Source: Zygnema circumcarinatum SAG 698-1b (Eukaryota; Plantae; Zygnematophyceae). From it: a DNA stretch of 64,000 nt. Of this stretch, positions 1 through 13,000 are shown one piece after another. The notes beneath the pieces were generated by a model. It saw only the letters and a list, made by a program, of their open reading frames with translations. It had not been told where the DNA came from and did no database searches. The stretch lies in assembly GCA_037447605.1 (NCBI GenBank), contig CM074813.1:1054001-1118000 (forward strand), written 5' to 3'. Position 1 is the stretch's first letter, and every line of letters starts with the position of its first letter. Position numbers and translations under genes: made by a program.

Positions 1-427
1 ACCACTACTGTACAGTTCTAATACCCTCCATCTGCCAAGCGCCAACCCCAATGGCCATTTCTAATCATTGCGGAATTCCTCCCTACAGCACCAATGACCT
101 ACAGGCTCTAAAAGCCGCCTCCGTTTCTCACAATTACAAGGGCCTGCAACACCTACAGCCTCCAAGAACGACCAGCACCTCAGACACTCTCAACTTTTGT
201 CGACCTTAAAAAACTCTTTCCTGGCGACCACTCTCATTCCAATCTTTCGACGCTCCTTAGTCTCTGTGCCTCTTTTCAACAGATTCTCGCTGCAATAAAC
301 TACACCAAGTGCAAAAATAAAAAATTTGTCTCCAAATCTCAAAAAATGTTGATTTTTCTTCTCCCTTTTTTTGTTTTTTTAAGCTCAGACTCCTTGCGGC
401 GTCCATGACAATAGAGAACAGCCACGG

Positions 428-3280
428 CTACTGCATGGCCCCAAACTCCAAAGGACGCAGAACGCTCACAGCCTGCGACACGTGCGAATGCGCCACGTGT
501 CCCCTCCCCATGGCGCCGCGACCTCCCAACTGTGGAGAAGGCGGCCAACCGCCTCTCCTTGCAGCCGATTTTAGGGTTCCGGGGGAGCCGAGCGTGGGTG
601 ACACGTGTCCTCCTCCCAGCAGACTCCCTGAGAGAGCTCCTCCTCCTCCTGTTCCTCCTCCTTGCGGCGCTGCCACGTGTCCTCGGAGAGAGGAAGAAGA
701 AGAGGACGAAAGGGTGCTGGTCATGGCGGGCATGGGCAGCTGCAGGCCCGGCATAGTGAGCAGGACCGCATCCTTTTCAGGAGGTTTAGGGTTTTGACGG
801 AACTGAGGGAGAGGTCTTGCTCTCATTACTTCATCGAGGAGCGGTCCTGCTTCCTCCACAGCCTTCAGAAGCTTTCCTTGGGAAGGGAGGGATCTGAGAA
901 GTACCGTTCTGTCAGCTTCAGGGGGTTCAGGAAGGTGGCGCTGCTGCAGATTTAGAGTTAAGGGGGGCAGGGGGATTTCAGGGCCGATTATGGAGTCCAT
1001 AAGGGTTGAACGGGTTGGCGACGAAAGTAGGGTTGGAGCAGGAGGTGAGATTAGGGTTGTGAGCCGCGGGAGATTGGTGAAGACTGGAAGAGGCGCCGCC
1101 GTAGCGAATGTTGTTGACGTTTTCGGCTCAGGGATGGGTAGGGGGGGCGGGAGAAATTCAGTTTTGAGGGTTTGCAGAGGCGAGGAAAGTTGTGAATGTG
1201 TGTCGGAGGAGGGAAGGTGCTGTTGTTCAGGAAGGGGATGATGCAGTTCCGCCTGCTGCTGATGATGTTGCCACTGCTGAGATGGATGATGTTGCGGATG
1301 TTTGTGATGGCGTTCATGCATGTTGTCTGAGTCCCTGGAATCTTCCGACCGCTCCTTCTTCAGGCTTGGCATCGCTCCCTGCGCCTCTATGTCCTCCTCG
1401 TGATCCAAATTCCGCTGCCGTTTCGGAACCGCCATCTGCAACTGCATCTGCACCTGCTGTTGCAGCTGATGCTTTGCTCCTGCTTGGAACTTGAGCTGCT
1501 GCTGCCTCTGATACTGCTTGGGCTGCTGCGGCTGTGGCAGAATATGCAGAGCCTGCATCTGCATCTTCATTTGCTGCTGCTTCAAATCCGCCTGCACGGC
1601 GTCCAGCTGCTGCAGGAGCTGCATGGAAGGGCTGCTTGAAGCTCCGGGAATCTGCGCTGCGAGCTCAGAAAGCTCCTTCAGCTGCTGCTGCACGTCGAGC
1701 TGTATCATGGTAGCAGGAAGCTCATGCCCCTCCAGCACTCCCTCCAAACCTCGATATCCTCCTCCTCCTCCTACTGCCACTCCAACTGACGTTGTTGCCG
1801 CTGCAGCAGAAGCCGCTACAGCCGCTACCGCCACAGCACCTCCCCCCCCTCTTCTCCCTTCCAACTGCTGCTTCAGCTCCTCTAGTTGTTGATGTTGCCG
1901 GAGCTCTTCTACCTGAATGCTCTCTAACTCCATGGCCAGCACCTGCTGGAGTTCCTCCTGCTGCTGCAGCTCCTTCTCCTGCTGCTTCATCTCCTCCTCC
2001 TCCTGCTGCTGCTGCTGCTGCTGCTTTGTCTCCTCAGAATACTCCGCTCCCCCCGGCTCTCCCGACATCTGCAGAAGCTCCTGCGCCAGCTTCTGCATGG
2101 GCTCCACCATGTCCTGCAGCTCCATCTGCTCCTCCAAACTGATGGGCGGCAGCTCCATGCTCTCCTCCAGCTGCTGCTGCTGCTGCTGCATCTGCCTGCA
2201 CACTTCGTTCAGAGTTGCAGAAACCACTGCCTCTGCAGTCATCTTCTCTGCGGGGAGGGTCCCAGCGAGGAGCGAATTCTCCTCCTGCGCGGAGGCGAGC
2301 GCGCGCTGCAGGTCCGCGGCGCGGCGCTGCTCGAGCGCGCACTGCTGCTGCGCGGCGAGGAGCCGCTCCGCGACCCTCTCCCGCTCGCGCCGCTCCGCGC
2401 AGAGCTGCTCCTCCAGCGCGCGCACGCGCTGCTCCTGCCACTCCGCCATCTCCGCCTGCACGAACCGCCGGATCTGCTGGAACCGCTCCGCGTCCTGAAA
2501 GGAAAATTTGAGAAAGAGAGGAGATAAATTAGAACGATGAAGTATGGGAGACGGTTGCTGCAGGGTCGTCCGCTCTCTCTCTCTCTCTCTTTCCTTCCTT
2601 CCTCCTTTCTTTAAGAACATGTATCCAAAACTGTCCAAGGGAGAGAGCATGGGTTCCCAAGTGGGTGGAAATTGTAGAATCTTTCAATTTCAATGCCAAT
2701 GAAAGGTGGAAAGTATTCAAGTACTTTTCAGTCAGCCGAAATCGCATCAACGAACAATTTGAAGGTATGTACTGTTTTGCAGATTTTTTTATAGAATCGT
2801 TTGAAAGCTATTTATGTCTTTTAACAAGATTTAATTTAGTTGAAACAGATTCCTGTCTTTAATAAAGCAATCGGCAGGATGCAATCATATTAATGTATTA
2901 ATGTCCTTTGAAACTGGCAGAGGCGAGCAGTGGAGGTGGGAGATAAGCAGTAAGAAGGGAGGGAGAAAGGGAGGGAGAGAGGGAGGGAGAGAGGGAGGGA
3001 GAGAGGGAGAGAGGGAAGGAGAGAGGGAGGGAGAGATTGTATAAGGCAAGGAACAAATTTTTTAAATGATGACGAGGGCGGCGAGGAGAGGGCGAGGCAC
3101 AGGGGAAGGAAGAGGGAGAGGGAAGAAGAAAAGAAGGCAGAGAGGGAGGCGTGGGAAAAAAAAGAGAGAGAAGAGGAGCGAGAGAGGAGGGACCCGGGAG
3201 GCAGATACCTGGAAGTGCTGGCAGCAGAGAGGCTGCACCACGTGTCGGGAGAGGAGCGGCTCCATGGCTGCAGCATCCAA
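428..3280 (-). CDS. DUF1635-like coiled-coil/polyQ protein; exons 3280-3209 and 2494-428
   Basis: Exon 1 MDAAAMEPLLSRHVVQPLCCQHFQ ends at CAG|GTATCT and joins in phase 0 to TTTCAG|GACGCG (DAERFQQ). It has an N-terminal coiled coil and long polyQ tracts. The motif LPSQGKLLKAVEEAGPLLDEVMRARPLPQFR resembles the plant DUF1635 signature LPEKGKLLQAVMxAGPLLQTLLLAGPLPQWR (recalled, not searched). The 3' end could contain an unseen intron. Confidence 0.75.
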
Positions 3281-5500
3281 CTCGCACTCGCCCTCTCTCC
3301 TCCTCAGCTCTCCGTCCTTAGAACCCCCTTCTCCCCGACTTCTTCAATCCCTCAGCTCCCCTTTGCCTCGATTGTCCCCTCCGGCCTCCCTCCCGTCCCT
3401 CCCCTTCTCAATCTCCTCTCTCTCCCCCTTCCTCTCTTCCTCCCCCTCTCCCTCCCTCTCTTCCTCCCCCTCTCCCTCCCTCTCTCCCTCTCCCCCCTCT
3501 CACCGCCCAGGAGCCGTCTGTTGCCTCCCGCTGCCAGCTGGTGCGAGCAACTGCCCCTCCCGCCAGTTGGCGTCCCCCGCGGCCGAGCCAACCGCTGCAG
3601 CTACGCGCGTCCCCCAACTCGCCGATCACGTCCCCGGCCGTCCGCCGGCTGCCTGTACTGTGCCCGACAGGCGGCTCGGTTGTCGTACCGAGTCGGTATG
3701 ACACTGCCGACACGCCGCACGTGCGGGAATCGCTCTGTCCACAAGGGCCCGCCGGCCGTTGGCCCGTGCCGACACGGCCCGGGCGGCGGTAGAGGAGAGG
3801 ATTATGGCGGGCCGTACGAAAGTGGCACGTGGCAGCGGGACGGGAGCTCCGGGAATGGACTCACGTACTAGACGACAGAATTTAGCTACACGACAAACTT
3901 CTGGAAGGTCGCTCCATTGGTCGGATGATGTACGAACATCGGTGATGTTTGTCTTATTTGGTCTGAGAAAGAGTGACGTGGGAAGCGCCGCGGCGTGCAA
4001 ATTGCTGACTGAATAGGTACTCCGCAGATTTGAACTTTGGACTTTTGCCCGCGGACGGCCGCCAGTGGGCACCGACAGGACACGTCAGCGACTGCTGGTG
4101 GCCCTTGGGGAAGCAGTCTGGGTGACGTCACGTGTGACGTGACAGTAGGCTTGAAGCGACACGTACTGTTTTGACAATACTTGCGACGTGGCAAAACGTG
4201 ATTGGGGACGGGCCGGCCGGAGGGATTTGATTGGCGGAGGACGCCCTAAGGAGTGACACCTACGGCTACGGAGTAATGATGCGTTGGGCAGAAAAAGAAC
4301 AAAAAAAGGACGGTGTGGTTTGGCTCGACTTGGGACACGCGACTTAACGTGAGATTTTTGGATTTTGGAGATACCGAAATTTGTTCTAGGGCAGAAGGAA
4401 TGTTTATTTTTTTTGGTGTTGAAAAAAATTTGGAATTTCCGTTCTGTAGTGAAAGGTCTACGTTTGAAAGCACTTCAACCAGGAATCTGTTTTTTCGGAA
4501 ATTATAATTTGAGTTTGAGAAATTTTTAGACTCGCTGCCTTGTGCATTCCGTCGTTTCGAAAAACTCCAAATTCAAATCTGATCTAAATCTCAATTTGGC
4601 AACTTGGCAATTTTGCCCGCACCGATTGCCGCTCTTATTTTGTCGTTTCCCAGTCGTCCTAGCGCAGGATGTCGCCACGTGGCACGTGCTGGCCGTGGAC
4701 GGTGCCCCGACCTTCCGATTCGACCGTCCGTTTGTCCTTTTCGTGTGTGCGAGTGGGGACCACAAATTTTCGCGCGTCATTTTAGCCCAATCGAAATTTT
4801 CCATGTCATCTCAATTTCCCTTTTTCGACGAATTAGCGTCAAGCGATTCGATTCCTGCGATCCGTTCCGGGCCCGCGTGACAGGCGACGCGATATTTCTG
4901 AAAAACGACAACATTTCGATGTGCATCTGCCCGATTTTTGGAATAATTGTTAACCATACATAGATCGTCATGTGTACAAAATTCACACGCGGCGGGCTTT
5001 GATTGGTTATTCAGCGTCGCGGGAGACGGGCACGTCCCAAAAAATGTCAATGTATCCATTCACCGGTCTGCCTTACAGTCGGCTATTTTTCGTACAGTTT
5101 CTTGTCGCTATTTGACGAATTTGGTCGGCACCAGCGAAAGCCGACTCGTTAGAAAAGCCAAATTATGTATTCTACGTGGCAACCGCTGATTGGGCATATC
5201 GGGTCGATTTTTTTCTCGGATAAGAAAAAATGAACAAATCCGATGGCCGCCAAGATTGTACGAACCGTACGGTCGGCGCTATGACGGCCGGCAGCTTTTT
5301 TGTCATTTTCTGACCGCGTAGCGCCCCCTCGGGCCGGCGGGGGCGTGCCCCCGCCCGCGTGGAGGCACATGACTGGCGATGAATCTTGCCCAGATGCGGT
5401 CCAGGTTCAGCCGAAAGCGAGAGCCAATTCTACCCGAGAGGATCAGATTGGTGATGTCAACAACAACATGGTGCGAGCAGCAACTGGGTGGGGACCAAGC

Positions 5501-5720
5501 CAGCCATTGGTTGGCGGGTGTAGCCAACCGCTGCCAATGGTTGCAACCATTCGTTGGCGGACCCTTTGAACGATTGCTGATGGTTGCAATCATTGGTTGA
5601 GGGCCGTGCCAACCAATGGTAGTGGTTGTAACTACTGTATCGTTAGCCAATTGTTTGCCATTATTGTTTGCTGATGGTGGCGAACCACAGACCGGTCAAC
5701 CATTGGCAGGCATTCGTTGG
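5501..5720. repeat. Degenerate ~43-bp tandem repeat with internal palindromes
   Basis: CARCCATTSGTTGRSGG-like units start at 5501, 5544 and 5587, with a decayed unit at 5629. A perfect 16-bp palindrome AATGGTTGCAACCATT lies at 5536-5551. Confidence 0.55.
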
Positions 5721-7006
5721 CCAAAGTTGTTCAACCGGTGCTGCACGAGTACTCTAGATGGCAGTTTCAGTGTACCGGTACCGTTGTTAAATGTATCGAG
5801 TCCTGTAAAATGTAAACAGATTTTGAATTCATTCATTTGATGTTTGCATTCATTTCCTTATGTGCATCAACAATTCAAGGCAATAGCTTCTCGCTATTCA
5901 TAATTTACTGTGTTCAATTCGATACTGTGAGTTTGATATTTTCCCCCTTGTTTCTTCACCTACAGTTCTACAGTACAGTAGAGATGTGCAGCGATGCTTC
6001 AGCCATATATGTACGCATACATAACATGAGGTCTGCATAGGCACATGCGCAAGGAGGCATGCGTGTGCAGTGTACGGACTACGGAGGCATGCATGTCCGA
6101 TGTAGACGATGGCAGACTTAGTCAAGTCCGGAGAAGCCCAGCCTCTCGCGCCTGGCTTGGCTCAGAAATTGACTTGGATAAATCTGACTTTTGAAAGGAC
6201 CATTCCACTAAGAGAGGGACAAACGGTTCCTTGGCTTGGCTGACAGGCTTTCTCTTAGCCAAGGGATTTGTCGAAGTTTAGTAATTGCTACCACCACAGT
6301 AGTCTGGCGAATGCACCTGTCAGTGATGACGACATTGGCGGTGATTGAACTTACGGAGTCACCCTCTACTTCACCTCGGCATGCCTCCAATAGGCCGCAG
6401 AAAAGTGTCACGGCATGAACAAATTCAGAGCAAAGTACACAAGCGATGCATTGCTTCCATTTCACGAGTCGGGATTCCCCGTCTCTGTTTATTAAGAATT
6501 AAGGAACAGTTTGAAACCAAAGTCAAGACCCACATCCCAGACTGCTTCTGAACCCCAGCACACCCCTCCCCTAAATCTTATTGCCGAGTCCTCCACTTAG
6601 GAGGGCCACTTTCTCCTTTCACATTGATCATTCTAACTCTTTAGACTTCTAAACCCTAACAATCCCTCCCTCCCCCGCTCCATTCCTCTCTCTGCTCCCC
6701 TGTATCCTGTGGAAGGACCAACATCAATCATTTTGTTCCAACTCTCTCTCACTGCCAGCCTCCTACCCCCCTAACATTCGGACCAATCAAGAAGAATAAT
6801 GATGAGAAGTCCACTCAACTTTGTAGCTCCCTCGGCCCTAGTAGTTCCATCCGAGGGAATTTTAATTATAGTTAAGAAACCCTATCCATAAAACTCATTC
6901 TTTCATCCTATCCATGAGTTTGCGGATATCACTTTTTTCCGAGTTTACACTTTCTGATCCATTCTTTGGAAGGAGAGCCCTCCTTCCGTCATTAATTTTA
7001 TTGGAG

Positions 7007-10000
7007 TCACCTGAACTCGTCGTATCCAGAGGAAGCGACTGAGGGGCTGCTGAGATATTCCTCATCAAGGCTGTTCCCCGCTGCTTCATTCTTCGGAGCG
7101 GCATCGGATTCCGAAATTTTGAGCCGTTCAATGAGAGCGTTTTTTACCTCACCCATAGTGGGCCGCCTCGATCCCGACCCCTGCAAAATGAGGGACAGAC
7201 AGATAGAGCAATTCTGCTACTGAGCACTTCCTTAGGGGATAACTGAAAAATCAACATAGTAGTTATGCTTGAAGAAAGTGAAGGAGAGGGCCAATCTGGT
7301 TTGCTGGGAGCCGTTACTCGAGTTTCCCTAAAAGACTTCGCTGCTTTACCTCAAGAGCCTTGCCCTGCCTATCCCACTTGCAGACACTATTCACATGTGA
7401 CGTCTGCAATTTGGGACGGGGGAGAGAGGAGGGGGGAGATAGGGAGAGAGAGGGGGAAAGGGGAAGAGCGAGGAGAGAGAGAGTGAAAGAGTGAAGGAAA
7501 CATGAAGAGTGGGAAGGGGAGAGAGAGAGAGCGAGAGAGACGGAGGGCGGGGAGAGGGAGACTTCACATCCAGACTCCTCACACTAACTCAACTGAGAAC
7601 AGCTACAAAACAAAAGGCCCCACGAAATCTATCTACCTGGCAGTACGTCGAATCGACCTAGGCTCAGATACCCTCGTCCTTCCCAAAGAAATGGAACAAA
7701 GAATGCAATCTTGAAACAAAAGACAATCCTACAACACCGGAATTCAAGAAGAAGCCCTCTACTTCTTTTTTTTTTTCCCGGAAGAGAGAGCACACCCGTG
7801 TGCAGGCCTGCGCCACAGCTACCACAGCCTCCAGCTCCGCTACGGGCACACTCTCCCGAATGGAGGGATCCACCATTTGTGGAAGGCGGTCTCGCGTTAC
7901 AAGATAATCTTGTACCTGCTCATGCACACAAGATTTGATTCCTGCTTAATGGGTCAGGAGGGAGGGAGACAGATAGAGAGAGAGGGGGTGGGGGGGAGAG
8001 AGAGAGAGAGGGGGAGAGAGAGAGGGGGAGGAATGGGCTGCAGGTAGAGTATTATTGTTGCGCTCCAGAATGAGATCGAGCAGGTGAAACAAGAAGCAGA
8101 AAGTAGCAAGTTGATAAGGAGTAGAAAAACATGTAGTTGCTGCGCTTGCCTTCATATAGAAGCGATGCGAGATGGGAGGACGGAGAGGGAAAGAGAGCGG
8201 ATAGGAGGAGAAAGCTGTGAGAGATGGGATAAATCAAAATCAAAATTGGAAGCATGGTAGTCAACAAGCGAGTAACGCCCACTCACCCAGACTACCAAGG
8301 TGCTGGAATCTTCCTGCAGGGCTTTTCGTCCTGTTACGAGCTCAAAGAGGAGGACTCCGAAGCTGTACACATCGCTCTTCTCCGTCATTTTGTAGTCCAC
8401 CGTGTACTCGGGATCTAAATAGCCCCACGAGCCCCGCGGGTTGACGTCGGTTGTGAGGGGATTGGCCTCATGGCCGAGAAGCTTCTCTTTGTCGAAACTG
8501 TAGTCCGTAACCTGCAACCAATCAGCATATCCCAACGTGGAACAGGTAGGACAAGGCGAAACTCAGACAGCTGACGAACAGGGAGGGAGTTACAAAATGA
8601 CAAAAACTAAAGGAAAATTTATTAAGTTATTGCGAAAGATAGATGATTGTTACCTTTGCTGCCAAGTCATCAGTAAGAAGTACATTGCTTGACTTAATAT
8701 CGCCATGGCAGACGGAAGGGCTCGCTGTGTGGTGGAGATAGTCGACTCCGAGAGCTACTCCCACAGCGATATGCATGCGATCATGCCAACTTAGCTGAGA
8801 CCTACGCTCTGCAAAAAAAAAATTCCAAAAAACAGAATTCTCCATAAACGACACGAAAACAAAAGCACCCAGACCGAGAAAGTGGCACAAACCCTCTAAC
8901 GCCACAGCAAATTTAAAAACCCCTCTAAACCTCTCGAATACCGTAAAGAGAAAAGTCTGTGGTTCCATGATAAAGAAATTCGACTAGTCCTGTTCTGTTC
9001 CAGGAATCGAGTAGTTTACCGTGAAGGTGATCGTACAGAGAGCCGTTGGTCACATATTGGCTGACAAATGCTCGGACTCCATCTTCCTGGCAGTAAGCGA
9101 CAAGGCTTGCAAGGTGGCGATAGTGTAGCCTGCAGAAAACATTTCAAGAGTAAAACAGAGAAGCATCCTGCCGGCAGTTTTTACGACTGAAATAATTTGG
9201 TCTTTCATCCTTTGAGTTAGGACAATTTCAGGTAACAGCAGTTTACAATATTGGTGCTAGTGCCACCCTCCGTTCTTGTCTTCAACTTTTCATCTATTTT
9301 CATTTCCTCCTCTCACTTTTTACTTCTACTCTTTCTCCTTCTCTGTCCATATTCTACTTCCTCCTTCCTTTTCTACAATTTCCACTCCTCCTCGCCCTCC
9401 TTTTACTTCTCTCCTACTTCCCATCCTCTCTTGCTCGCCCCTCCCCCACTCATCCTCCTCGTTCACCACTTTACCTATTCCCACCCTCCCCTCCCCACCC
9501 CGCCCCCGGTCCCCGAGCTTCCACCTCCCCTTTGCCTCTACATTCTCTTCCTCTTCATCCTCCTCCTCCACCTCTTCCCCTTTTCTGCCTCCTCCTCCTC
9601 CACCTCTTCCCCCTTTCTGCCTCCTCCTCCTCCTCTCCCCCCTCTTCCCCCTCCCTGCATCCTCCCCCTCGTGGTGCATGCAGCAGGGACGGACATAAAC
9701 AGCCAAATCTTCACGAGAGAGAGAGAGAGAGGGGGCACCTGTGAAGACTCTCCACCTCGTGCAGGAAGGCCTCGTCGCTGAGTGTGCGGCGCTCCGAGGT
9801 TTTGAGCATCTTCACCGCCACCACCCGCCCGTGGCGGAGCGAGCCCTGAAAGGTCTCGCCCAGCGAGCCCGCCCCAATGCGCATTGAAAAGTTGTCTGTT
9901 GCGATGCGGAGCTGCTCCAAGCTCAGCTTCAAAGGCTGGCCATCTGCAGTACCAAATCAAGGGAAAAAGAAAAGGAAAGAAAAATAAAATGCTTCGATAA

Positions 10001-13000
10001 TGACGCAGAAATTCCAAGAGAGATAGTAGGGTTAAAGAGAATTCCGTCGAGACAGGCGGAAAGTGAAGATGAAAGATAGAACAAAGAATTGGTTGAAAAG
10101 TGCGAGGAATGGGGGCTAGGGGGGGTGGGTGGGTAGGGTAGTAGAGTACCTCGAGGAGGCGAAATAGTCAATGAAGCCTTTTTAGAGGTAGACTTGTCCT
10201 TTGCGACCGCCACGGCTACAGCTGACCCTCCTGCTACTGGAGCCACAAGTTCCGCCGGGATGGGCTCTTCCAGCTCTGCATATATGATGGCATACATGAA
10301 AAGTTTCAACCAGACGAAAAAACACTTAGCTGGAGATGCTGCTGATGTTAGGATCTTCATTTCCTATCCCACATAGCTACTGGGGCTATCAGGTTTTTAC
10401 GGTTACTCCATGAATTTAACACTAAAGCTACTCTATCTTTTTCCTGCCATTTGTGTAGGTTTCCTCATTCTTATCACCTCACCTACAAGTTTCGCTCCTT
10501 CCGACCCTCCCTGCTCTTTTCTCTGTCCTCTTGCCTCTTTCAATTGCTCACTTTCCTCTCCTCTCACCTTTGCCTTTCTCCAAGTCCTCTGCAGCTCCTG
10601 CTTTGCCGCCTCCCCTCGTCACCTTCATAGACAAAATGGGGCCTCCTTTCTTCACACTCACTGACTTCACCTTCATACGAACTTTGTCCTTCTTCTTGGG
10701 GATGCAGATCAGCCCCATTCCGATCAATAAGGAGACAAAAGCAGCAGCCCCAACGATGGAGAGAATAACGACAGTCACAATAGTATGGCGCTCGGGGTGC
10801 TCAGTCTCAAGAGGGGGAACAGCTGGGAAGAAAAAAGGAATACGAGCTATTAGGGGTTCTAGAATGCTTCAGGTTTTGTTTGGAGCTTTCAGAGTGCTGG
10901 AGAGCATAAGGAGCATTTTGAGTTCTTACTTCAAAAAGCTGTATCATTCAAATACTCAGTCTCAGACAAGGATTTGACATTTCAGCTTCACACATGATGT
11001 TGGCGAGGCGAACATCACATGATGTCAGCGGAACAGACATCACATGATGTTGCAAAAACCACATAGTTGGCACTCCACCACCCTCGCTCTGCCCCTGATG
11101 AAGCGTTCCAGTGTGGGAGACAGAACACGCAGGCCAATCTAAGGGCTGCATTAAGGGTTTCAGAATTCCGGGTTGTTTGACGAGCTTTGCTTTTAGGGGA
11201 TGGCTTACAGCACTCGATAGGCGATCGCTGGTCCGGGTAAAAGCAAATTCCGTTGTAGAAAGTTGTACAGGTGGTGCTTGGGTCGCCTTGGAAACAATTT
11301 CCCTTAATGAGATCGAGATACCTTCAGAAGAACAAATGAAGATTGAAGTTAGAAAAGGACATTGAGAATGCAGCCAAATCCAAATTGAGGCCTTTCTTGC
11401 TTTGTCCACTCTGCCAGTTGAGAACAACAGAGTCCTGTGATGGGCGAGACACGATTCTTCTTGTTTTTGAGTTGAATATGTTCACTGAAATACTCGCACT
11501 CTGAATCTTCAAAAACAGGTCGGATCTAACACTCAAAAAACCCCAACGGCGAGGACCCAAAAAAATACAACAGGAAGACCAAAAAAACGAAAAAGTCAAA
11601 AGACTCAAATGCCCAACACCCCTACACCCTAGAAATTCTGGAAGTACAATAACTGTAAAAGTCCTAAAGTCCCAATCAACAAAACAGTCGCGGCTCAAAT
11701 ACCCAAAAGACTTAACTGGAGAAAGACAAAAACTCTAAATACGATAACATTCCGGCACAGAATTCAGAACTTACGGCGCTCCAGAAGAAAGAGAGCCATT
11801 TTCGGGCAGTCCAAGAAATTTCCGCACTGCTTTGGACAGAGTTCCGTTGAAATAATTGCCAGAAAAGTTGAACTTTTCCAGCGCTGTGAAGGGGGCTAGG
11901 TCGGAAGGAAAGGGCCCCTCCCAATGATCATCGTTCATTGACCTGCGAACCCCATGGATGCAGATTCCTTTAGAGGAATTTTAGCGGGTTTGTAAAATAT
12001 TTAGCTAAAAGCGAAGCCTAGCTCTAAAAATTTAGAATTTCTTGCCAAGACACTTTCAACACGTAGGAGTAACGAAATTGGAGGAAAGCATAAAGCATTC
12101 AACAATGCATTGAGACGAGGATAAGTTGCAGAAATGAACCTACAATGTCTTCAATGAGGAAGCAGCGCTGAGAAGACCTGATGGAAACGGTCCTCCTAAA
12201 AATGGATTTTTGCTTAAATCAACATAAGTAAGGTTCACCAGATTTGACATGTCCGGAAAAGGGCTTGAGAAGTTGTTATTGTGTATGTCCAAGTACTGGA
12301 GCGTTGTCACATTCGATAAATCGGATGGAAGGCTGCCCGAAAAATTGTTATTGTTAAGAGTCAACAACTGGAGGACTTGGAGAGAAATAAACCCGAACGG
12401 AATGCTGCCCGACAAACTGTTGCTGTGCAGGGTCCTGCAATGTCCGCAGCCACTAGTCAAACCAGGGAGGGGGAGGGGAGGGGGGAGGGGAGGGGGAGGG
12501 GGAGGGGGAGGGGAGGGGGAGGGGAGGGGGAGGGGGAGGGGAGGGGGGAGGGGAGGGGGAGGGGAGGGGAGGGGAGGGGGAGGGGGAGGGGGAAGGGAAG
12601 GGGGAGGGGGAGGAGGAGGGGGAGGTGGAGGGGGATGGGGAGGGGGAGGGGGAGAAAACGTACAAATTGGCAAGGCTTGGACACTTGAACACCTGGGTGG
12701 GAAAGCTTCCTGTGAACTGGTTTCCGTGAAGGAGAAGGTTGGTGAGGGAAGTGGCATTGCACAACGTAGCCGGGATCGTTCCAGTAAAAGAATTATTGGC
12801 AGCGCCGAGTACTATGAGATTGGGGATACTGCCGATTGTTTCAGGTAAGGGACCGGAGAAACTGTTATTGCTCAATCGCCTGTCCGTGAAATAGCACATT
12901 CAAAACTGGTTAAAAACAAAAAGGAATGTAGGGAAGCTCAAAGGAAAGAGATAGTCTTCTGATGGATCAATCGTTATCAACAACATTCAACGAGAAGCTA

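Noticed and set aside
4200-5400. Possible transposon in the GC/AT-mixed intergenic block
   Set aside because: No paired TIRs, TSD, LTR or Helitron terminus could be identified by eye.
6208-7400. Minus-strand ORFs 6208-6465, 6895-7131 and 7310-7380 as further RLK exons
   Set aside because: The kinase closes in frame through RRPTMGEV to a stop at 7007 in another frame. The rest has no motifs and is probably intron or 3' UTR.
10948-11698. Apparent novel extracellular domain in the LRR-RLK from ORF-track frames
   Set aside because: These frames are mostly intronic. The real exon (~11320-11205) is a standard Cys cap (GNCF..QR..EC) that splices in phase to the TM exon.
12140-12848. Poly-Pro/poly-Gly ORFs in C- and G-rich tracts here and in many other introns (e.g. 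9251-9781, 28804-29526, 40271-40760)
   Set aside because: These are purine/pyrimidine-skewed intronic low-complexity tracts bounded by GT-AG sites of the called genes.
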